This document shows, piece after piece, positions 1-6,060 of a stretch of 24,000 nucleotides of DNA. Source of the DNA: Exilibacterium sp. (GTDB lineage: Bacteria > Pseudomonadota > Gammaproteobacteria > Pseudomonadales > Cellvibrionaceae); assembly GCA_028280195.1 (NCBI GenBank), contig JANQMH010000079.1, forward strand, positions 50,452 to 74,451, written 5' to 3'. Position numbers and translations under genes: made by a program. The stretch's first letter is position 1, and each line of letters begins with the position of its first letter. The notes beneath the pieces are model-generated. The model saw only the letters and a list, made by a program, of their open reading frames with translations, had not been told where the DNA came from and did not search any database.

Positions 1-1747
1 CTGTCTGCGGCTCGAGTATGTCGTTGCAGCGGTCGATCTGGCGGCGAAAAACCCCGCCGCGGCGGTACAGCGCCGCCGCCATATCCAGGTGCTGCAAACC
101 AGCCTCGGGAAAAACAAAAACCACCGCCGGCGGCGTGCCCGCAGTAACCGGCGCCGACGGGATCGATTGCGGCGACGACAGTATCGCCGCCGCCTGTTGC
201 CTATCGCCGGCAACAATGGCGGCGCGGTGGCAAAAAGCCCGCCGTCCGGACTGCAGCGTATGCGCCACATCCACCAGCCGCTGCCGCGGCTGGGTACGCA
301 GATGCTCGGCGAGCTGCAGGCAGGACTGCCGCAGCGCCTTGCCGTCGCGCGCCGACAGGGGCAGGACCTGGACACCGGGCTCGCCGTTGCCGCCATCCCC
401 GTCATCGCCAGTACTCTCGCCACCGCCAATATCCGGGGCGGGCCCCTCCTCGACGATGATATGTACATTGGTCCCGCCGATACCAAAGGCACTCACGCCC
501 GCCCGCCGCGGGTGGCCGGCGCCCGGCCACGGTTTGGTTTGCGTATTGACGTAAAACGGACTGTTGGCAAAATCGATCTCGGGGTTGGGCCGCTGGAAGT
601 TGAGGCTGGCGGGCAACACCTGATGTTTCAGTGCCATCACCGTTTTGATCAACCCGGCCACGCCGGCCGCCGCATCCAGGTGGCCGATATTGGTTTTCAC
701 CGATCCCAGTGCACAGTACTGGCGGCGCTGGGTGGTCGCGCCAAATGCTTCTGTCAGGGCCGCAACCTCAATCGGGTCACCGAGCGCTGAGCCCATGCCC
801 TGCGCTTCGATATAGCCGATGGTGCCGGCATCAACGGCCGCCACCAGCTGCGCCGCGCGAATCACCCGCGCCTGGCCCGCCACACTCGGTGCGGTAAACC
901 CGACTTTATCGGTGCCGTCGTTGTTGGCAGCGCTGCCCTTGATCAGCGCGTGTACGCTGTCGCCGTCGCGCAGCGCATCGGCCAGCCGTTTCAGCACGAC
1001 AATGCCTGCACCGCTGCCGAGCGGGGTGCCGGCGGCATCGGCATCGAAGGCGCGGCAGTGCCCGTCGGCCGACAAAACCGCCCCCGGCTGGTAGCGATAG
1101 CCGCCGTTCTGCAACAGGTTCAGCGACACCCCGCCGGCCAGCGCGGTATCGCATTCATAACCGAGCAGCGCCTGGCAGGCCATATGCACCGCCATCAGTG
1201 AGGTAGAGCAGGCAGTCTGCACCGTCACCGCCGGCCCGCGCAGATTCATTTTGTAGGCGACCCGGGTACAGAGGGCGTCGGCCAGGTTGGCGCTCATCAG
1301 CCCCAGCAAATCGGCGATATTGGCGCCGTTCTCCAGGCCGTAGCGCGGCAGTACATGTCTGATCAGATACAGGTTGGCGCCGCTGCCGGCGTAGACACCG
1401 ACGCTGCCGCTGCAGTTACAGGGGTCGTAGCCGGCATGCTCCAGCGCGGTCCAGGCGCACTCGAGAAAAATCCGCTGCTGCGGGTCCAGGTGCTCGGCAT
1501 CGCGCGGCGTATAGCCGAAAAATTCGGCATCGAAGCGGTCCGCACCGTCGAACACGATGCCCGCCTTGACATAGTCGGGGTCAGCCAGCAGCTCGGCGGG
1601 CACACCGCGCTGCCGCAGCTGCTCGTCACTGAAGGCAGTGACCGACTCCACCCCGGCGCAGATATTGTGCCAGAAGGCGTCGACATCTGCGGCACCGGGA
1701 AAGCGCCCCGCCATGCCCACAATGGCAATAGCTATATCATCCGTCAT
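1..1747 (-). CDS. Type I polyketide synthase, N-terminal part: KS domain, KS-AT linker and start of an AT-like domain. The 3' end runs off the left edge.
   Basis: Absent from the ORF track because there is no stop in the window. Manual minus-strand translation from ATG at 1747 (GAGGA 7 nt upstream; an in-frame alternative ATG is at 1771) gives MTDDIAIAIVGMAGRFPGAADVDAFWHNI...DPQQRIFLECAW. It continues VTVQTACSTSLMAVHMA (active-site Cys, codon 180, nt 1208-1210), GSVKTNIGHLDAAAG (His, nt 680-682) and FGIGGTNVHIIVEE. The linker is LPLSARDGKALRQ...VDVAHTLQSGRRAF, followed by VVFVFPEAGLQHLDM at the position of the AT N-terminal motif (nt ~100-125). The frame stays open to nt 1. Confidence 0.9.
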   Translation of the reverse strand, partial: MTDDIAIAIVGMAGRFPGAADVDAFWHNICAGVESVTAFSDEQLRQRGVPAELLADPDYVKAGIVFDGADRFDAEFFGYTPRDAEHLDPQQRIFLECAWTALEHAGYDPCNCSGSVGVYAGSGANLYLIRHVLPRYGLENGANIADLLGLMSANLADALCTRVAYKMNLRGPAVTVQTACSTSLMAVHMACQALLGYECDTALAGGVSLNLLQNGGYRYQPGAVLSADGHCRAFDADAAGTPLGSGAGIVVLKRLADALRDGDSVHALIKGSAANNDGTDKVGFTAPSVAGQARVIRAAQLVAAVDAGTIGYIEAQGMGSALGDPIEVAALTEAFGATTQRRQYCALGSVKTNIGHLDAAAGVAGLIKTVMALKHQVLPASLNFQRPNPEIDFANSPFYVNTQTKPWPGAGHPRRAGVSAFGIGGTNVHIIVEEGPAPDIGGGESTGDDGDGGNGEPGVQVLPLSARDGKALRQSCLQLAEHLRTQPRQRLVDVAHTLQSGRRAFCHRAAIVAGDRQQAAAILSSPQSIPSAPVTAGTPPAVVFVFPEAGLQHLDMAAALYRRGGVFRRQIDRCNDILEPQT

Positions 1748-1963
1748 GGATTCCTCGCCATGGGTATACATCAGCCGGCTGTCTCCGTCTTCTGAGGACA
1801 ACGCTGCAACGCGGCCGGCGCCGCCAAACCCACTGGCCGGCGGCAACGGTTGCAGCGAAGACACCGCCAGACCTGGCGGCAGTGGGGCGGTGCGACAGCG
1901 GGCGCCGATTTCCGCGGTGACCGTGTGCAAGCACCGGCGCCCTGCCGGCTTCTCACACAGATG

Positions 1964-1987
1964 ACGAGCGGGATGGAAAAGAATTTA
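1964..1987 (-). promoter_or_regulatory. PvdS-type iron-starvation (IS) box promoter, TAAAT-N16-CGT, upstream of the PKS gene
   Basis: The minus strand reads TAAAT TCTTTTCCATCCCGCT CGT, with TAAAT at 1987-1983 and CGT at 1966-1964. Spacing is exactly 16. The flanks are paralogous to the box at 21982-22005: TAAATTCTT...CTCGTCAT...AGAAGCCG. The -35 TAAAT contains the TAA stop of the upstream mini-FecR ORF. It lies about 217 nt upstream of the PKS ATG. Confidence 0.55.
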
Positions 1988-2227
1988 GGGGCAAGGCCGG
2001 AAACTGCTGCCGGACGGCGGCCTGCCCTGCTCATCGCGGGTAGGTATCAGCCCGGTTATCAACCACAGGCCGCGCACCTGCCGGTATACCTGCCGGTGTG
2101 CCGGCGCTTCAGCCAGCCAGTGCTGCAGCGCCTCGCGCGCCGCACCATCGCGGGGCTCCCGATACTCTTGCAGCGTCCAATTTACGGCCCATGCCCATGC
2201 CGCATCACCGCGCTCAGTCTCTGTCAT
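1985..2227 (-). CDS. Stand-alone FecR N-terminal domain (DUF4880-like) mini-protein, copy B (80 aa from ATG 2227; the track ORF extends to a TTG at 2314)
   Basis: MTETERGDAAWAWAVNWTLQEYREPRDGAAREALQHWLAEAPAHRQVYRQVRGLWLITGLIPTRDEQGRPPSGSSFRPCP. It has the A-x2-W...WL-x5-H-R-Q-x-Y...W pattern of the cytoplasmic sigma-binding domain of FecR/FpvR. There is no TM segment. It is a paralogue of 22176-22403, with about 42 of 73 aligned residues identical by eye. The start is uncertain because WPDSE upstream of the ATG is also conserved in frame in both copies. Confidence 0.6.
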   Translation of the reverse strand: MTETERGDAAWAWAVNWTLQEYREPRDGAAREALQHWLAEAPAHRQVYRQVRGLWLITGLIPTRDEQGRPPSGSSFRPCP

Positions 2228-2604
2228 TGCACGCTCACTATCCGGCCAATCAGACTTCCTAGTAGACGATTGACACCAGTATCTGTTAAGCCTGGCGCCG
2301 GCGTGATCTGACAAACCGCTGCGCCTATCGGCGCAGGTGTCCGGCAGTATTCGAAGCAGTAGACAATGCCCGGCTTTGGTCGGCGCTCAGCACCTGCCTG
2401 CCCGTGTCTGTTTTAGCGCCGCCCGGATATGGAAATGTTGAAAAATAACATTGCTATTTTTTCCGCTTCATTCGTTATTGGACATAGCAGGGCCGAAAAC
2501 GGGCAGCTGAGACGGCAGCAAGCCATTGATGCCGCAGTATGTCAGCTGTGCATAGGCATATGGGCATGTGGGTAACAGTTATTGGCGTTTTAGGCTGAAA
2601 TCAT

Positions 2605-2669
2605 AGTTGGTGGAAAAACAGTTGGTGGAAGAGCAGTTGCGAGTAGTACGGAATCAAGTAGTGCGGAAT
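2605..2669 (+). repeat. 15-bp-period tandem repeat tract directly upstream of the DUF3649-like/PepSY/TonB operon
   Basis: AGTTGGTGGAAaaac (2605), AGTTGGTGGAAgagc (2620) and AGTTGcGaGtAgtac (2635). These are followed by AGTAGTACGGAAT (2642-2654) and AGTAGTGCGGAAT (2657-2669), again 15 bp apart. The tract ends 8 nt before the ATG at 2678. Confidence 0.7.
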
Positions 2670-2677
2670 ATTAACTG

Positions 2678-2956
2678 ATGGGACTCAGCGGATGGCGATT
2701 GTGTTCGGTGGCGTTGGCAGCACTGTTAGCAGGTTACTGCCTGGCAACAGCCGCCGGTGTATTCATTGGCAGCCTCTTACCGGTGCCCCGGGGTGAGGCG
2801 GTGTTAATCGGCATGCTCTGCAGTTTTGTGGTCTATGCAGGTGCGGTAATCTGGGCATTTGCGGTGCGCCGCCCCGCGCAGGTCTGGTTGGGCCTGATGA
2901 TACCCGCCTGCGCGCTGGCGGCAGCGGGCGCTGTTCTCGCTGGTTCCCCGCTATAA
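2678..2956 (+). CDS. Small inner-membrane protein, DUF3649-like (commonly found upstream of PepSY-TM iron-uptake proteins)
   Basis: 92 aa with three hydrophobic segments: RLCSVALAALLAGYCLATAAGVFIGSLLPVPRGEAVLIGMLCSFVVYAGAVIWAFAVRRPAQVWLGL. This matches my recollection of the DUF3649 pattern and of its conserved position before a PepSY-TM gene. The Shine-Dalgarno is weak, so the exact start is uncertain. Confidence 0.55.
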   Translation: MGLSGWRLCSVALAALLAGYCLATAAGVFIGSLLPVPRGEAVLIGMLCSFVVYAGAVIWAFAVRRPAQVWLGLMIPACALAAAGAVLAGSPL

Positions 2957-2985
2957 TCAGGTTCCCCGCCACAATCAATAGACCG

Positions 2986-4611
2986 GTGCAGAAGATTACT
3001 CGAGAAGACCCCAGCGAGGGCGGCTTTCGCCAGGCCATGGCCTGGTTGCACACCTGGTCGGGATTGATTCTCGGCTGGCTGTTATTCTTTATTTTCCTCA
3101 CCGGTACGGCGGGCTATTTCGATACCGAAATCGATCGCTGGATGCAGCCGGAGCTGCCCCGGGCACAGCCCCGCGCGGACACCGCCGCCACTGCCGCCGT
3201 GCTGCTGCAGCGCCTGCGCAGCGAGGCACCGGCGGCTGAGCGCTGGTTGCTGCTACTGCCGGTTGACCGCAACCAGCCCTACCCCGGTATCGCCTGGCGC
3301 GGCGCCGCTGCGGCTACCGGCGCCAGTGCCGCCAGCGGCAGTGCGAGGGTGGACGGCAGCAGCGGCAAAACACTGGCGGCACGGGATACCGGGGGCGGAC
3401 AGGCGCTCTACCGGATGCACTGGCGGCTGCACTATCTCTCCCGCGCCCAGGCGGATGTGATCGTCGGCGTCGCCACACTGTTTATGCTGGTGGCGCTGAT
3501 CACCGGCGTCATTATCCACAAGAAGATCTTTAAGGATTTCTTCACTTTCAGGCCCGGCAAGGGGCAGCGCTCCTGGCTGGATGCACACAATGTGCTGGGT
3601 GTGGCGGCCCTGCCCTTTCATCTGATGATCACCTATTCGGGCCTGGTTTTTATGGCCTTTTCCTATATGCCTTTAATCCTGACGGCTCACTACGGTGCCG
3701 GTGGCAGCGCGCAACAGCAGTTCAGAGCCGAAGTCTCCGATCCTCCCGGGCTTGTCGAAGCAGCGGGTGAACCGGCTGCCCTGGTAGCGCTGGGCGGCCT
3801 GATCGCGAAGGCGGAAGACCGCTGGGGACAGGGCCGGATTCGCAGTATCGATATCCGCCACCCGCAGCACAGCAACGCCCGCGTGATCTTCCATGAAAAT
3901 ATTGAAAAAGCGGCGGGCAATGCCGGCGAACGGCTGGTTTTCGATGGCGTTGACGGCACCCTGCTGCACACCCTGGCGCCGGCCACCTCCGCCGCACAGG
4001 GGTTCCGGGGCCTGCTTATCGGACTCCACGAAGGGCTGTTTGCGCCGCCGCTGCTGCGCTGGCTTTACTTCTGCTCGGGGCTGCTGGGCACCGGCATGAT
4101 CGCCACCGGTCTGGTATTGTGGACGGCCAAACGCCGGCGCCAGGCAGTGCGCGCCGCCGCTGCCACGCCGGCCGGCCTGCTGCTGGTGGAGAAGCTCAAT
4201 GTGGGTACGGTGGTGGGGCTGCCGCTGGGGATTGCCGCCTACTTTTGGGCCAACCGTTTGCTGGCCGTGGATATCGCCGGCCGCGCCGACTGGGAGATCC
4301 ACATCATGTTTCTCACCTGGTTGGCCATGCTGATCCACGCCGCTGTGCGACCGGCGCAGCGCGCCTGGGGGGAACAACTGCTGCTGGCCGCGTTCGCTTT
4401 CGGCGCGCTGCCCCTGCTCAACGCCATCACCACCGAGCGCCACTTAGGCCACAGCCTGGCTGCCGGCGACTGGGTGTTTGCGGGCTTTGACCTGAGCGTC
4501 CTGGCCATTGGCCTGGTATCGGGCTGGGCCGCCCGGCGGCTCTGGAAGCGGCCGCGCCAGGCGGCTTATCTGCCAGTGGCGCCGGCAGCACTGGACGGAA
4601 CCGGTTCGTGA
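2986..4611 (+). CDS. PepSY-associated TM-helix protein (PiuB/FoxB/FpvG-like putative inner-membrane ferric-siderophore reductase)
   Basis: 541 aa with a GTG start. The N-terminus GGFRQAMAWLHTWSGLILGWLLFFIFLTGTAGYFDTEIDRWM is the hallmark of this family. Other matches are YRMHWRLHY, HNVLGVAALPFHLMITYSGLVF, LHEGLFAPPLLRWLYFCSGLLGTGMIATGLVLW and several more TM helices. Confidence 0.85.
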   Translation: MQKITREDPSEGGFRQAMAWLHTWSGLILGWLLFFIFLTGTAGYFDTEIDRWMQPELPRAQPRADTAATAAVLLQRLRSEAPAAERWLLLLPVDRNQPYPGIAWRGAAAATGASAASGSARVDGSSGKTLAARDTGGGQALYRMHWRLHYLSRAQADVIVGVATLFMLVALITGVIIHKKIFKDFFTFRPGKGQRSWLDAHNVLGVAALPFHLMITYSGLVFMAFSYMPLILTAHYGAGGSAQQQFRAEVSDPPGLVEAAGEPAALVALGGLIAKAEDRWGQGRIRSIDIRHPQHSNARVIFHENIEKAAGNAGERLVFDGVDGTLLHTLAPATSAAQGFRGLLIGLHEGLFAPPLLRWLYFCSGLLGTGMIATGLVLWTAKRRRQAVRAAAATPAGLLLVEKLNVGTVVGLPLGIAAYFWANRLLAVDIAGRADWEIHIMFLTWLAMLIHAAVRPAQRAWGEQLLLAAFAFGALPLLNAITTERHLGHSLAAGDWVFAGFDLSVLAIGLVSGWAARRLWKRPRQAAYLPVAPAALDGTGS

Positions 4612-5519
4612 AAGATAATCTCGCGCGCCGGCCGCAGCTCGCCACCACCGGCAACAAGGGGCAAACGCGTTGCGGCCCGGCGTTGATCCTGCCCGGGGGG
4701 CGGGAAACACCGCCGGTGGACAGGTCAGCGCGCTTGCCGGCCGGCAAAACCACATCCCGCTGGCTGTCAGCTCTGCTGATCGCCGTACTGGTCCACAGCG
4801 CGCCGCTGGTCTGGTGGCTGCTGCCCGACAATGAGCCCGCCGCAGCCGGCACACTGCCCCCGGCCGCGATGGTGATCGAGCTGGCACCTGCAGCGGTGGC
4901 GCCGGCATCCCGGGCGGATAGGCCACCCGGCCCCGAGCGGGCCGCTGCCAGCGCCCGCCCCGAAGTACAGCGCGTTGCCGCGCCGCAGGCGGATATGCCA
5001 CCGGCTCCACCCGCCAGCAAACCCGAGGTGGCCGTCAATACGGAACCCAAAGCGGAACCCGAGCAACAACCGCGGCCGCTGCCGCCGCCCCTGTTGGAGC
5101 AAGCGCAAGACATACCACCGCGGCAACAGCCGCCCGGCCCCGCCAGCGCAGCAGCGGATGCGCCCCGGCAAGACGAACAGGCGGCGGCCCCCAAGCGGGG
5201 GGCAGCAGTACCCGCCGTTGACGCCAGCGTACTGCCCGACTGGCAAAGTGCGCTGATGTTCAAACTCAATGAGGCCAAGCGCTACCCGTCCCGCGCCCGC
5301 CGCTACCGCCAGCAAGGTGTCGCCTATCTGCGCTTTACCATGGATCGGCAGGGCAATGTGCTGGCGAAAAGCATCGAGCAAAGCTCGGGACACCGACTGC
5401 TGGATAAGGAGACACTGGCGCTGCTCGACCGGGTCCAGCCCCTGCCCGAGCCGCCGGCGGCGCTGGCGGGCAGGACACTGGAGTTTGTCATACCGGTGGA
5501 ATTCTTTTTAAGGCGTTGA
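4608..5519 (+). CDS. tonB: TonB-family energy transducer
   Basis: The GTG start overlaps the PepSY stop (GTGA), suggesting translational coupling. It has one TM helix (WLSALLIAVLVHSAPLVWWLL) and a long Pro/Ala/Glu-rich spacer (PPAPPASKPE...EPEQQPRPLPPP). The C-terminal TonB domain reads YPSRARRYRQQGVAYLRFTMDRQGNVLAKSIEQSSGHRLLDKETLALLDRVQPLPEPP. About 50 aa precede the TM, so an in-frame GTG at 4716 is a plausible alternative start. Confidence 0.8.
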   Translation: MKDNLARRPQLATTGNKGQTRCGPALILPGGRETPPVDRSARLPAGKTTSRWLSALLIAVLVHSAPLVWWLLPDNEPAAAGTLPPAAMVIELAPAAVAPASRADRPPGPERAAASARPEVQRVAAPQADMPPAPPASKPEVAVNTEPKAEPEQQPRPLPPPLLEQAQDIPPRQQPPGPASAAADAPRQDEQAAAPKRGAAVPAVDASVLPDWQSALMFKLNEAKRYPSRARRYRQQGVAYLRFTMDRQGNVLAKSIEQSSGHRLLDKETLALLDRVQPLPEPPAALAGRTLEFVIPVEFFLRR

Positions 5520-5534
5520 GTGATTGCAGTGTCT

Positions 5535-6044
5535 TCAGCCGGCTGGCTGCGGGTAACTGCGCTTTATTTCTCTAATATACTTGGCTGCGGAGCGATAATG
5601 GCTGGCACCGGAGGCCTCGATCCAGCGCCCCAATGGCCATTTACCCTGCCACTCGAACTTGATCGGGCCGTACAGGGCCTTATTGTTGTGCTCGGCCATA
5701 AAGTCCATCAGGCGTTTATGCGCCGCGGCAAGCCGGGACTTCGCCGTGGACCAGGCCATCCTCGCGTTCTTTTCCCGTACCCTGGCATTGTACTCTTTCA
5801 ATTGATTCCATTTATATCCTTTGGCGGGTACGTATACGGGCTTGCCGGCGACACCGTCCTCATACCAGTTAAAAAACAGATCGATCCAGTGGATGCGGTG
5901 GGCCAGCGTGTCTTTAATGGTGATACCGTCGTCCGGATGCGGTGCCACAGCCAGTTTTTTATCGACGCCGTCCAGTACCTTCTGCAGTTTTTCGAACTCT
6001 TTTTCAGTAATTGCGATCAGATCGGCTCTTGTCGCGGCTGCCAT
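5535..6044 (-). CDS. ClbS/DfsB-family (DUF1706) four-helix-bundle protein, last gene of the RND operon
   Basis: I place the start at ATG 6044, with GGAGGAGA 7-14 nt upstream. The track ORF starting at 6122 would overlap the RND gene. Sequence: MAAATRADLIAITEKEFEKLQKVLDGV...TIKDTLAHRIHWIDLFFNWYEDG...GYKWNQLKEYNARV...ALYGPIKFEWQGKWPLGRWIEASGASHYRSAAKYIREIKR. This matches the ClbS/DUF1706 pattern as I remember it: W-x-L-x2-W, F/YKWN-x-L, LYG, W-x2-GR-x-I...S-x-Y...IRK. Confidence 0.8.
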   Translation of the reverse strand: MAAATRADLIAITEKEFEKLQKVLDGVDKKLAVAPHPDDGITIKDTLAHRIHWIDLFFNWYEDGVAGKPVYVPAKGYKWNQLKEYNARVREKNARMAWSTAKSRLAAAHKRLMDFMAEHNNKALYGPIKFEWQGKWPLGRWIEASGASHYRSAAKYIREIKRSYPQPAG

Positions 6045-6060
6045 GGGTGTTCTCCTCCGA

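Noticed and set aside
18-1201. Plus-strand ORFs 18-554, 89-790, 709-897, 819-1094 and 950-1201, and minus-strand fragments 906-1154 and 1363-1728
   Set aside because: They overlap the partial PKS gene (1-1747, minus), whose KS motifs are unmistakable. The listed minus-strand fragments are in the wrong frame.
1737-2311. ORFs 1771-2034 (-), 1737-1934 (-) and 1850-2311 (+) in the PKS leader / mini-FecR region
   Set aside because: They have no motif content, are Arg/Ala-rich, and overlap the IS box and the conserved mini-FecR frame. I treat 1748-1963 as a long 5' leader instead.
2430-2480. Fur box candidate GAAAAATAACATTGCTATTTT (dyad AATAACA-T-TGCTATT) and GATAATCAATCTTCATGTT at 12771-12789
   Set aside because: Each matches the 19-bp Fur consensus in only about 10 of 19 positions by eye, which is not enough to call. 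They are worth a matrix scan, but I do not report them as Fur sites.
3673-5393. Minus-strand ORFs 3673-4443 (256 aa), 4427-5278 (283 aa), 4444-5010 and 4767-5393
   Set aside because: These are antisense to the PepSY-TM and TonB genes. Their composition is dominated by Arg, Gly, Ala and Pro, and they overlap each other in different frames.
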